Below are positions 10,007-18,716 of a DNA stretch of 64,000 bases, piece by piece (position 1 is the first letter of the stretch; the number at the start of each line of letters is the position of its first letter). The position numbers were made by a program, and so were the translations under genes. The stretch comes from an uncultured bacterium (lineage in GTDB: Bacteria > Patescibacteriota > Saccharimonadia > Saccharimonadales > UBA4665): contig CAWFIL010000008.1 of the NCBI GenBank assembly GCA_963815935.1, forward strand, positions 162,088 through 226,087, read 5' to 3'. The notes under the pieces were generated by a model. That model was not told where the DNA came from. It ran no database searches and saw nothing but the letters and a program-made list of their open reading frames with translations.

Positions 10007-10483
10007 CTAGTTAAGACTGGTCTTAACGTACTTTTCGCCTCCTTCAAGGGTAGCGGTCAGTGTGTATTGGGTACAGACGACGTCTATGGTGGTGCAGGGC
10101 GATCCGTCGGCTGTGGTGGCCTGGTATGAATAACACCGTTCGGTTGGCTTGGCCGAAAAAGCTACCTGACCGTTGAGAGTGCAATCCTTGATGTTTTTGT
10201 TCCAGCGCGGGTCACTGATATCCCCTTGTTTGAGGTCTGTGAGGCTCGTTTTGCGCCAAGTAACACTGTTGAGATCTGTGAGGCTCGGGTACTTGGTGTA
10301 CTGTGCGTAGAACGTTTCTAGCTGGCTCTGGACGGTATCAATGCTTGCCTGCCGGTCAGCATTGCGGTTTTTGACCTGGACGCCGCTATATGTCATGGCA
10401 ACCAGTGTTGCAAGAATGCCAACGACGATACTAATGATGAGTAATTCTATGAGGGTGAAGCCCTGTTCGCGCCTAATGCCCAT
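10007..10483 (-). CDS. Type IV pilin / pseudopilin
   Basis: Prepilin leader and N-methylation motif MGIRREQ-G/FTLIELLI, a hydrophobic alpha1 helix, and C-terminal Cys pairs. Confidence 0.88.
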   Translation of the reverse strand: MGIRREQGFTLIELLIISIVVGILATLVAMTYSGVQVKNRNADRQASIDTVQSQLETFYAQYTKYPSLTDLNSVTWRKTSLTDLKQGDISDPRWNKNIKDCTLNGQVAFSAKPTERCYSYQATTADGSPCTTIDVVCTQYTLTATLEGGEKYVKTSLN

Positions 10484-10559
10484 GGCCTGCTTTCTTAGCT
10501 AGCTTTGTTACTAATTATCAAACGTGATTATAGCAGCTTTTGCTAGATGTTGCCGTAAG

Positions 10560-11876
10560 CTAAGTTGCGTTCGTTCGGAGGACCTCTGCGATAGTGGTTC
10601 GGCCGCGTAGAGCCTTGATGATACCATCCAAGCCCATAGGTATAAAACCTTCTTTAAGAGCGATGCTGTGCAGGGTATTGGCCGGTGCGTGCTCAAGCAG
10701 TGCTTTTTGGATGCTGCTGCTTACGTGTAGTGCTTCGGCAATAGCAACGACACCTTGGTAGCCGGTGTGGCCGCAAGCCTCGCACCCTTCGTCACTGGCA
10801 CGCCACAAGTTAGTGATACGTGATGGCGTAGTATTGACGTGGTTGTTGCTGTCGACGCCCTCGGCGGTGGCGCGTTGTTCTAGCTCGTGTACTTTACGAC
10901 GGGCGGTGGTGGTCGTAATTCCGAAGACACGTTCAATTTCGGCAATTTGCTCCTGGGCGGGGATGTAGCGTTCACGGCAGTGAGTGCAAAGCTGGCGGAC
11001 TAGTCGTTGGCTAGTGACCGTTCGCAGGGCGGCAGCAAGTAGATATAGCTCGCCACTTAAGGTGCGCAAATGCGTAATGGCACTGCTGGCCGAGTCGCCG
11101 TGCACACCAGCTATGAGCAGATGCCCGTTCGTAGCTGCTTGGATGGCAATGTCGGCGGTAGTGCTGTCCGGCAGGCTACTTATCATAATTATGTTGGGGT
11201 CCTGGTTGAGGGCAGCCTGTAAGCCTTGACTAAAGGTGATACCGCGATGTGGGCGGACGTGTGTTTGACTGGCTCCAGGCAAGCGGTACTCGATTGACGA
11301 CTCCACGGTTGCAATACTCACAGCTGGTGTGTTGAGTGCCTGTAGCATGCTGTGCATGGTAGTGGTCTTGCCGCTGCGACGAGGCGCAGCCACTACAACC
11401 AGGCCATGCGGGCGTGCTAGGGTGTCCCGTACTGTCTGAAGCGTTTGCCCCCAGAACCCAAGTGTTTCTAGCGAGAGTGGCTTGCTGAGTCGCCGGTTTA
11501 AATGCAGGACGACCTTTTCGCCGCCGACAACCGGCAGGGTTGCAACCTGTACCTCAAATTGTTCTTCGCCAATCAGGGTGGCATATTGACCATCTTGCGG
11601 AATTTGATTTTCTTCTATATTAAGGTGGGCGAGTGTTTTAATTTGCCCGACAACAGCGGGCAGTGAGCCGATAGGCAGCTTGTGTACGCCCTTGAGCGTG
11701 CCATCGATACGGTAACGTACCAATACGAAACGTTCGTGCGGTTCAATATGGATGTCGCTGGCATGGTGTCTAACGCCGTGTTCCACGAGCATGCCGATGG
11801 TTTGTAGTACTTGCTCCTCGCTGAACTTATCAGCATTACCAAGTAGCTTCCCCAAAAAAGAATCTTTTACACCCAT
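10560..11876 (-). CDS. Type II/IV secretion-family assembly ATPase (PilB/GspE-like, short N-terminus)
   Basis: Walker A APRRSGKTTT, Asp and His boxes, and the C-terminal tetracysteine CTHC...CEAC. 438 aa. Confidence 0.85.
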   Translation of the reverse strand: MGVKDSFLGKLLGNADKFSEEQVLQTIGMLVEHGVRHHASDIHIEPHERFVLVRYRIDGTLKGVHKLPIGSLPAVVGQIKTLAHLNIEENQIPQDGQYATLIGEEQFEVQVATLPVVGGEKVVLHLNRRLSKPLSLETLGFWGQTLQTVRDTLARPHGLVVVAAPRRSGKTTTMHSMLQALNTPAVSIATVESSIEYRLPGASQTHVRPHRGITFSQGLQAALNQDPNIIMISSLPDSTTADIAIQAATNGHLLIAGVHGDSASSAITHLRTLSGELYLLAAALRTVTSQRLVRQLCTHCRERYIPAQEQIAEIERVFGITTTTARRKVHELEQRATAEGVDSNNHVNTTPSRITNLWRASDEGCEACGHTGYQGVVAIAEALHVSSSIQKALLEHAPANTLHSIALKEGFIPMGLDGIIKALRGRTTIAEVLRTNAT

Positions 11877-11978
11877 TGCTGCGCATCATTATAACGAAAA
11901 CCATAACCTTTAAAAACCCTGATTACTAATTAGCCCCAAGAACAAGCACAGCAGCTATGAGGTGTTATACTTGCCGTT

Positions 11979-12485
11979 ATGAGTGCGCCTATTCAGATAG
12001 TAGACGAACAGGACCGACCCGTTGGGCAGGCTACAAAACAGGAGGCTTGGGCACAGGGTCTACGACATCGTATAGTGCGTATTATGATCGAGAATGATCG
12101 GGGGGAAGTCCTCCTTCAGCACCGTACGCCAACTAAAGACATATTCCCGAATTGCTGGGATAATTCCGTCGCCGGTCATGTAGATGTTGGTGAAGATTAT
12201 CTGGCAGCGGCCCTGCGTGAGCTGAGAGAAGAGTTGGGTATCGGTGGGGTCAAACTCGAGGAAATCGGTCATTACGCTTCGGACGAGACGTGGTGGGAGC
12301 ATCGTTTCAAACGTTTTACGTATGTTTACCGATTACGCTACAACGCCATGCCCACAAAACTGGAAGAGGGCAAGGTCGACGACGTGCAGTGGAAGCGGAT
12401 CGATGACGCCAAGAAATTGGCCAAAGAGCACCCTAACGAGGTGACGGACGGGTTACGTCAGGTGTTAGAGAAGTACTACGCGTAA
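11979..12485 (+). CDS. NUDIX hydrolase (IDI-like subfamily, catalytic Cys absent)
   Basis: Nudix box GHVDVGEDYLAAALRELREELGI. FPNCWDNSVAGH resembles type-1 IPP isomerase but has no Cys. Confidence 0.8.
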   Translation: MSAPIQIVDEQDRPVGQATKQEAWAQGLRHRIVRIMIENDRGEVLLQHRTPTKDIFPNCWDNSVAGHVDVGEDYLAAALRELREELGIGGVKLEEIGHYASDETWWEHRFKRFTYVYRLRYNAMPTKLEEGKVDDVQWKRIDDAKKLAKEHPNEVTDGLRQVLEKYYA

Positions 12486-12551
12486 AAGCAGTGGCCAAAT
12501 ACTTGCAGCTTTGGGCAAAGTGTTATTTCCTACAAGCATAATCAGTAAAAC

Positions 12552-12560
12552 TGATATAAT
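12552..12560 (+). promoter_or_regulatory. Extended -10 promoter element (TGATATAAT) upstream of recA
   Basis: TGnTATAAT lies 48 nt before ATG 12608. The -35 element is weak. Confidence 0.4.
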
Positions 12561-12607
12561 GTATGTTGAATGTCTTGGGTGGGGATAACGCATACGGAGG
12601 GTTAACT

Positions 12608-13642
12608 ATGGCTGATAAAAAAGAACCAAAGACAATGGGAACTGGTACTGGTACGAATGAGGGCAAGAGCAAGGCGCTTGGCCTAGCACTTGAGCATATC
12701 GAAAAGCAATTCGGTAAGGGCTCGATTATGAAGCTGGGCGATGCCAGCGCGACCGCTCAGGTGGAAACTACTTCCACCGGCAGCATCTCGCTTGATCTTG
12801 CGCTGGGCGGTGGTTTGCCGCGAGGCCGTGTTGTTGAAATCTATGGTCCTGAAAGCTCAGGCAAGACAACGCTGACCCTGCACGCAATTGCCGAAGTACA
12901 GCGCACTGGCGGTACGGCGGCATTCATTGATGCCGAGCATGCCCTTGACCCTGCCTACGCCAAGCGTATTGGTGTGGACGTCGACAACCTGCTGCTCAGC
13001 CAGCCGGACAATGGCGAGCAGGCACTCGAGATTGTAGAGACACTCGTACGAAGCAATGCCGTGGATATTATTGTTGTTGACTCTGTTGCCGCATTGGTGC
13101 CTCGCGCCGAAATCGAAGGTGATATGGGTGACTCACTGCCAGGTTTGCAGGCACGCCTCATGAGCCAGGCACTCCGCAAACTCACCGGTGTTATCAACCG
13201 CTCCAACGCCACAGTGGTGTTCATCAACCAGATCCGTATGAAGATTGGTGTTATGTTTGGTAACCCCGAAACCACAACTGGCGGTAACGCCCTTAAGTTC
13301 TATGCGTCGGTACGTATGGACATCCGTCGCATTGGCCAGATCAAGCAAGGTGAGCAGATGATTGGCAATCGTACTCGCGTGAAGGTGGTCAAAAACAAGA
13401 TTGCCCCACCGTTCCGCGAAGCCGAATTTGACATTATGTACAACGAGGGCATTAGCCGTAGCGGTGACGTACTTGATATTGCTGTCATCCGGAATCTAGT
13501 CGAAAAGAGTGGTGCCTGGTTTGCCTACAATGACCAAAAGATTGGTCAAGGGCGCGAAGCCGCCAAGGCGTATCTGAACGACAACCCCAAAGTACTTGAT
13601 GAGCTTGTAAAGAAAATCCGCGAAGCCGCTGCCAAGGACTAG
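12608..13642 (+). CDS. recA: Recombinase RecA
   Basis: ATG 12608 follows GGAGGG. Walker [19 protein letters not shown], and the L1/L2 loop regions are present. Confidence 0.96.
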   Translation: MADKKEPKTMGTGTGTNEGKSKALGLALEHIEKQFGKGSIMKLGDASATAQVETTSTGSISLDLALGGGLPRGRVVEIYGPESSGKTTLTLHAIAEVQRTGGTAAFIDAEHALDPAYAKRIGVDVDNLLLSQPDNGEQALEIVETLVRSNAVDIIVVDSVAALVPRAEIEGDMGDSLPGLQARLMSQALRKLTGVINRSNATVVFINQIRMKIGVMFGNPETTTGGNALKFYASVRMDIRRIGQIKQGEQMIGNRTRVKVVKNKIAPPFREAEFDIMYNEGISRSGDVLDIAVIRNLVEKSGAWFAYNDQKIGQGREAAKAYLNDNPKVLDELVKKIREAAAKD

Positions 13643-13647
13643 ATACT

Positions 13648-13971
13648 ATGTCTGACTTAGTGCTGCCTGATAACCCCACTCTTGGGGACATCCAAGCGTA
13701 TGTAGACACTATGGCTGCACAGCGCGGTTTTAATCGTACTGATATTGCCAAGAAGTTTATGATGCTTACCGAGGAGGTGGGCGAGCTTGCCAAGGCTGCC
13801 CGCAAGAATGCTGGCCTAAAGTTGGCAAGTGATGCTGTGCAGTCGAACATTGCTCACGAAGCAGCGGATGTCCTGATCGTGCTGATTGGTCTTTGTAATA
13901 TGCTGGGTATTGATCTAGAACAGGCTTTCAGGGATAAAGAGGAACAAAATAAACAACGCAGCTGGCAGTAA
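13648..13971 (+). CDS. MazG-like nucleoside triphosphate pyrophosphohydrolase domain protein
   Basis: 107 aa with LTEEVGELAKAARK and HEAADVLIVLIGLCNMLGIDLEQAF (EExxE / ExxD type). Confidence 0.75.
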   Translation: MSDLVLPDNPTLGDIQAYVDTMAAQRGFNRTDIAKKFMMLTEEVGELAKAARKNAGLKLASDAVQSNIAHEAADVLIVLIGLCNMLGIDLEQAFRDKEEQNKQRSWQ

Positions 13972-13992
13972 TTGTAAGGAGGTAGTGTTAAG

Positions 13993-14499
13993 GTGACCTA
14001 TCCACCAGTGATTGTAGTAGACGAAGACGACAATGAAATCGGCAACGAGATGCTTGCCGAAGTTTGGGCGCGCGGCCTGACCCATCGCTTGGTGCGGGTT
14101 ATGGCCGAAGACCATGGGGGCAGGATTTTACTCCAGCGACGCAGCAGCCGAATGCTTGTATTCCCAGGGTGCTGGGATAATTCTGCTGCCGGTCATGTCG
14201 ACCAGGGTATGAGTTACCTCGAGGCTGCAACACAAGAGGTCGCAGAAGAATTGGGCGTCCCCGAGCCACTTCTCGAGGATATGGGGTACTTCTTCATGAG
14301 GCGCGAGTTAGATGGCCGCAAAATGTACAACTTCAACAAGGTGTATCGCATGCATTTAGAGCCGGTCGATGTTCACTACGCGCCTGAAGAGGTGGGTGAG
14401 ATTAGATGGTTTACGCGTGCCGAGCTACAAGAGCTTGTCTGCATGCATCCAGAACAGACTACACCAGGCTTGCAAGTGGTCGTCGAGCGCTACTATTAA
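13993..14499 (+). CDS. NUDIX hydrolase, paralog of 11979-12485
   Basis: Also 168 aa. FPGCWDNSAAGHVDQGMSYLEAATQEVAEELGV. About 40 percent identity to the upstream copy by eye. Confidence 0.8.
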   Translation: MTYPPVIVVDEDDNEIGNEMLAEVWARGLTHRLVRVMAEDHGGRILLQRRSSRMLVFPGCWDNSAAGHVDQGMSYLEAATQEVAEELGVPEPLLEDMGYFFMRRELDGRKMYNFNKVYRMHLEPVDVHYAPEEVGEIRWFTRAELQELVCMHPEQTTPGLQVVVERYY

Positions 14500-14519
14500 C
14501 CTGGGTGTACAATACAGGC

Positions 14520-14990
14520 ATGACAGCTACAAATCATATGCTTGCCGGCGCGGTGGTTGCTACGGCGTTACAACAGCCGCTACTGGTCTTCCCGGTTGTT
14601 ATTGCGTCACATTTTGTGCTTGATATGATACCCCATTTTGGCGTAGCGGAGCATGACCCTAGCGAGCGCAATGGGCACCCATTGTTCCACTATATTTTGA
14701 CCATAGATGTCTGCCTGGTTATAAGCTTGCTGGTACTATTACCGTTTATTATGCAGGGCCGAGTTAGTTGGTGGGTGCTGGTTACTGGCATGTTCTTGGC
14801 TTGGTCGCCGGATATCGTGTGGGTTGGTGAGTTCTTTCGCACGGCTAAGCGTAAGCGTGAGTACAAACGCACTAATAAGTTCGTACGTTTCCATCAGTAT
14901 ATCCAATGGTTCGAAAAACCGTGGGGCCTCGTGACAGAGGTCGTGTGGTTCGGAGCAATGGCCGTGCTGCTGGGAGTTCTCGCCCGATGA
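14520..14990 (+). CDS. Hypothetical membrane protein (possibly a DUF457/YdjM-like membrane hydrolase)
   Basis: ATG 14520. It has 4-5 TM helices and HFVLDMIPH. The family assignment is tentative. Confidence 0.5.
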   Translation: MTATNHMLAGAVVATALQQPLLVFPVVIASHFVLDMIPHFGVAEHDPSERNGHPLFHYILTIDVCLVISLLVLLPFIMQGRVSWWVLVTGMFLAWSPDIVWVGEFFRTAKRKREYKRTNKFVRFHQYIQWFEKPWGLVTEVVWFGAMAVLLGVLAR

Positions 14991-15583
14991 AGATAACTGG
15001 TATTAAGCAACAGCTTAAGCGGACCGACCGTTACTCGGTTTTTGTAGACAACAAATACTCGTTTAGCCTGAGTGAGTCTGCACTGTTGAACGAAGGTTTG
15101 GCGAGCGGCCAAGAGCTTGACGAACGACGACTGGCTGATCTAAAAGACGCCTCTGGGACCGATAAGGCCTACGGCAATGCCTTGCGCTATGTGGCAATGC
15201 GTCCACGTAGCATATGGGAAATGGAGATGTATTTGCGACGCAAAGATATAGAGGAGCCTGTCTCCAAACAAATTATCGAGCGTCTCGAAGCTGTAGGCCT
15301 GCTAGATGATGCTGTGTTTGCAAGGGCCTGGGTGGCAAATCGTCGTTTGCTCAAGAGTACTAGCAAGCGCAAACTCCGTCTGGAGTTACGGCAAAAGCAC
15401 CTGTCACCCGCTGTTATTGACCAGGCAATGCAAGACGACGAGACCGATGAACGCGATACGTTGCGCGAACTGATCGCCAAAAAATGTAATCGCTACCCAG
15501 ACCGAAATAAGTTTATGCAGTACTTGACTCGTCAGGGGTTTGGCTACGACGACATCAAGTCGGCATTACAAGAAGAACGCTAG
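14987..15583 (+). CDS. recX: RecA regulator RecX
   Basis: ATG 14987 overlaps the upstream stop (ATGA). RYSVFVDNKYSFSLSE and ALRYVAMRPRSIWEMEMYLRRK fit RecX helical repeats. Confidence 0.85.
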   Translation: MKITGIKQQLKRTDRYSVFVDNKYSFSLSESALLNEGLASGQELDERRLADLKDASGTDKAYGNALRYVAMRPRSIWEMEMYLRRKDIEEPVSKQIIERLEAVGLLDDAVFARAWVANRRLLKSTSKRKLRLELRQKHLSPAVIDQAMQDDETDERDTLRELIAKKCNRYPDRNKFMQYLTRQGFGYDDIKSALQEER

Positions 15584-16098
15584 GCCCAGGCTTTCGCGCC
15601 GGCGGGTACCCGTTGAGCTAGGTCTTGGATTACAATGTCGCGGTCAGTAATCTCGACGATTTGCGTACGGTCGATGCCGAGGCTACCGCCCGTGAAGTTT
15701 TTGATGAGTGATTGACCAACATATAACTTTTGGACAAACATGGTGTTGGTGTCGGTGGCAAAGTCAACGACCTTGCCAACCCTATTCTTGCTAACTGTTT
15801 TAACGGATTTGCCCATAAGGCTAAACCGTAGATCCATAAGGCTTTTAAGCCGTACGAGTTCTTCGGGCTCAGCCAGGGCGTCATAGTCGTTAATTACAAT
15901 GCCCTGAGGGATGACATCCCTGATGTCTTGAAAGAGCAGTATGACTTCTTTCTTTCGATGAAAACCATCGGTGCAGTAAAAGCCTTCTATCTTGAGATTA
16001 TTAGGGTTAATGATCATGCCAGTAGTCGTAGCTACGAGACCACCCGTGCGCAGACTGAGGACGGGACGATTGAGAAGGCTTCCACTCAGTTGTAACAT
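15580..16098 (-). CDS. PRC-barrel domain protein (two repeats)
   Basis: LLNRPVLSLRTGGLVATTTGMIINPNNLKIEGFYC and LMGKSVKTVSKNRVGKVVDFATD resemble PRC barrels. Start taken at ATG 16098. Confidence 0.5.
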   Translation of the reverse strand: MLQLSGSLLNRPVLSLRTGGLVATTTGMIINPNNLKIEGFYCTDGFHRKKEVILLFQDIRDVIPQGIVINDYDALAEPEELVRLKSLMDLRFSLMGKSVKTVSKNRVGKVVDFATDTNTMFVQKLYVGQSLIKNFTGGSLGIDRTQIVEITDRDIVIQDLAQRVPAGAKAWA

Positions 16099-16176
16099 AT
16101 GCATAAGTATAGCGCGCCTGGCAATAATCTGCCAAAATGCTTGCGGTTTCGGGCAACTGTGCATAGTATTTGGCGC

Positions 16177-17769
16177 GTGAACAGAACTAAAACGATTATC
16201 ACAAGTATATGTTGCATTATTGCTATTCTGGCGTCACCCGTGTACGCAACGGGTGCCGATAGCATCGAGATACAAGAGCCAATCTACCCTTCGTCGGTAA
16301 TTATTACCGAAGTCCAGACCGGTGCTTCAGCGGCTGGCGACGAATATGTTGAGTTGTACAACACGGCAGACACACCAGTAGACATAACGGGTTGGCAGGT
16401 GCGCTACCGCAATGCCACCACCACGGGCGACACGACGTTGTTGGCGACGATCACCCCGGCGGAAGGCTCGTCGGCGGTTACCATGGAGTCACGAGCCTAC
16501 TATGTGTTGCATACAGCAAGTATCGTGCTACCCAAGGGAGTACAAGGCCAGACGTATACTGCAAAGCTATCAAGCGCGGACAAAGTAGTTGCTTTGTTTG
16601 CGCTTGATAGCCAGGATTGCATGCTCCAGGTGCAGGATGCAATTGCTTGGGGTACGGCACTATTTGGCGAAGGGCAGGCCACCACCGCGCCACAGGCCAC
16701 GGGCGACCGTTTAGTTGAGCGCTACCGCAATGCCGAGGGATTTTACCTGGATACAAATCACAACGACTACGACATTTTGGTCGTGCCCGCTACGGTTGAC
16801 CTCATCACTCCGTCGGTTGCCAGCGGTGCTACGCCAGGCTGGAGTACCACATCGATTCGGCAGGATGAAGCCGTGCCGCCTCCTGAGGCCGGCGGTGGCT
16901 CGCAGCTCACAGGTATAGCAATGCAGGATTGTACTCTTCCTACCCCCGATGGTCCCGATACGTCTGAGTCTGGAGGCCTAGAACAGCCAACAGAACAGCC
17001 GCCGTCTACCATCATCCAAGAGCCAGGCGAAGGTGCCCCGCCGACCAATCAGCCCAGCCTGCCTGCCGCCGACATTGGCCTTGCATCGCCACAAGTAACC
17101 GAGCTGCTGCCCAATCCTGGCTCCCCACTCACTGATGCTGCCGACGAATTCGTCGAACTATATAATTCCAACGACGTAGGTTTCGACTTGAGCGGCTTTA
17201 TGCTGGAATCTGGCCAGACGACCAAAAAGCACTACACGTTTCCGTCGGGAACAATCCTGGTCCCTCGTTCGTTTACGGCTTTTTTCTCGGCTACTACGCA
17301 TTTGGGGCTTTCTAATACAGCGGGCCAGGTGAGCCTGCTGGACCCGTTTGGGAATAAAATCGGCGGCTCTGATCCGTACGGCACTGCTAAAGACAACCAA
17401 TCCTGGACGCTCGCGAACGGTGCCTGGTACTGGACGACAACCCCGACACCGAATGCCGCTAACCGGGTAACGCTACCCGCCGCTAAAGCCAAGGCAGCTA
17501 CTAAAAAGACGACGACTAGCAAGATCGGCGCTGTCAAGGCCGCATCGACCACCAAATCGACGACCACTGCCGCCACGGCAAGCTCGCAGTTTGCTAGCGC
17601 CAACGAAGAACGGTCTCCTCTGCATACAGGGGTGCTTGCTCTGGTGGGGGGATTCGCGCTACTATACGGAGCATATGAGTACCGAAGTGACATGGCAAAT
17701 AAGTTCCACCAGCTCCGACTATACCGAGAAGCTCGCCGAGAAGCTCGGCAAAGCGCTAAAGGGCGGTGA
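16177..17769 (+). CDS. Surface protein with two lamin-tail-domain (LTD)-like modules and a C-terminal TM anchor
   Basis: ITEVQTGASAAGDEYVELYNTADTPVDITGWQVRY and VTELLPNPGSPLTDAADEFVELYNSNDVGFDLSGFML. A signal-like N-terminus starts at GTG 16177 (alternative ATG 16099). A T/A/K-rich linker precedes the TM helix. Confidence 0.7.
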   Translation: MNRTKTIITSICCIIAILASPVYATGADSIEIQEPIYPSSVIITEVQTGASAAGDEYVELYNTADTPVDITGWQVRYRNATTTGDTTLLATITPAEGSSAVTMESRAYYVLHTASIVLPKGVQGQTYTAKLSSADKVVALFALDSQDCMLQVQDAIAWGTALFGEGQATTAPQATGDRLVERYRNAEGFYLDTNHNDYDILVVPATVDLITPSVASGATPGWSTTSIRQDEAVPPPEAGGGSQLTGIAMQDCTLPTPDGPDTSESGGLEQPTEQPPSTIIQEPGEGAPPTNQPSLPAADIGLASPQVTELLPNPGSPLTDAADEFVELYNSNDVGFDLSGFMLESGQTTKKHYTFPSGTILVPRSFTAFFSATTHLGLSNTAGQVSLLDPFGNKIGGSDPYGTAKDNQSWTLANGAWYWTTTPTPNAANRVTLPAAKAKAATKKTTTSKIGAVKAASTTKSTTTAATASSQFASANEERSPLHTGVLALVGGFALLYGAYEYRSDMANKFHQLRLYREARREARQSAKGR

Positions 17770-18142
17770 GATGATTGAACTCGTCAGCGATCTTGGTGGC
17801 GGCAAAACCACCTTTACCCGTGGCCTTGTACGGGGAGTGGGCAGTGAGGATAAAGTTGCCAGCCCAACGTTTACGATCAGCAAGGTCTATGACGCGGGTA
17901 AATTAGAAGTACACCACTTTGACTTCTACCGGTTGCATGAACCGGGTATTGTTGCTGACGAACTTGCTGAATTGACCGGCGAACCCTCTATTGTTGTGGT
18001 GGTTGAATGGGGTGATGCCGTGCAGCACGTACTACCGATCGAGCGTTTGACGGTAGGCATCAAACAGGAACCAGACGGAACGCGAACCTTATCGTTTTCG
18101 TGCCCCACTTCGCTTAGTTACCTTGTGGAGGCTATAAAATAG
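17675..18142 (+). CDS. tsaE: tRNA t6A37 biosynthesis protein TsaE
   Basis: ATG 17675. P-loop SDLGGGKTTFTRGL, then SPTFTI, FDFYRL and VVEW. Confidence 0.88.
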   Translation: MSTEVTWQISSTSSDYTEKLAEKLGKALKGGEMIELVSDLGGGKTTFTRGLVRGVGSEDKVASPTFTISKVYDAGKLEVHHFDFYRLHEPGIVADELAELTGEPSIVVVVEWGDAVQHVLPIERLTVGIKQEPDGTRTLSFSCPTSLSYLVEAIK

Positions 18143-18534
18143 TGTTTATCCTGACCATACGAACCGATAACCCCGAGGCCGAAATAGGTTTGTTTAGCGA
18201 TGGCGACAAACTTGTCTATCAACAGTGGCACGCACACCGCGAACTATCGGTTACGATACATCGAAAGATTACCGAGACCCTGGCCGCCCAAGGAAAGCAA
18301 TTGGCCGACCTGCAGGGAATTATCTGTTTTGCCGGTCCTGGCAGCTTTACGGGTTTGCGGATTGGCATCACGGTCGGGAATGCATTAGCCTACGGGTTGG
18401 ATATTCCTATCATTGCTGCAAAGGGAGATGGCTGGATTGCGACTGGCGCCGACCGTCTGCTGCGTGGCGAGCGTGACAAGATTGCCTTGCCCGAATATGG
18501 TGCGCCAGTGCATATTACGCAACAAAAGAAGTAG
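18142..18534 (+). CDS. tsaB: TsaB-like protein, short form (N-terminal domain only)
   Basis: FAGPGSFTGLRIGITVGNALAYGLDIPI. Only 130 aa. The GTG start overlaps the tsaE stop. Confidence 0.75.
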   Translation: MFILTIRTDNPEAEIGLFSDGDKLVYQQWHAHRELSVTIHRKITETLAAQGKQLADLQGIICFAGPGSFTGLRIGITVGNALAYGLDIPIIAAKGDGWIATGADRLLRGERDKIALPEYGAPVHITQQKK

Positions 18535-18545
18535 CGTACGTAATA

Positions 18546-18575
18546 TTGACCACATTCATAATTACAGCGTATAGT
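18546..18575 (+). promoter_or_regulatory. Candidate sigma70-type promoter upstream of rny
   Basis: TTGACC, 18 nt spacer, TATAGT. This leaves a leader of about 140 nt before ATG 18717. Confidence 0.45.
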
Positions 18576-18716
18576 TTTACATAAGGATTTGCCGATTTTG
18601 CCAGTGCAGTCCGCTTTGAAACATTTTATAAACACATTAGATATTCAGATCTGTTGATAGTTGGCTAGTGAAGTGAAAGCGATTGCCGCCGGCATGATCT
18701 GCACGATAGAAAGGAA

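Noticed and set aside
10560-11876. I considered whether the Walker A sequence APRRSGKT in the PilB-like ATPase marks a degenerate, inactive site.
   Set aside because: It still satisfies the broad [AG]xxxxGK[ST] consensus. The Asp and His boxes and the Zn-binding cysteines are intact, so inactivity is not supported.
12486-12607. I looked for a LexA/SOS operator upstream of recA.
   Set aside because: No CGAAC-N4-GTTCG-type or CTGT-N8-ACAG-type palindrome is visible. Only an extended -10 element is present.
16099-16176. I considered ATG 16099 as the start of the LTD protein. It would abut the divergent PRC-barrel gene start at 16098.
   Set aside because: It would leave no promoter space and would add a non-signal N-terminal extension. 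GTG 16177 begins directly at a signal/TM-like segment. This remains uncertain.
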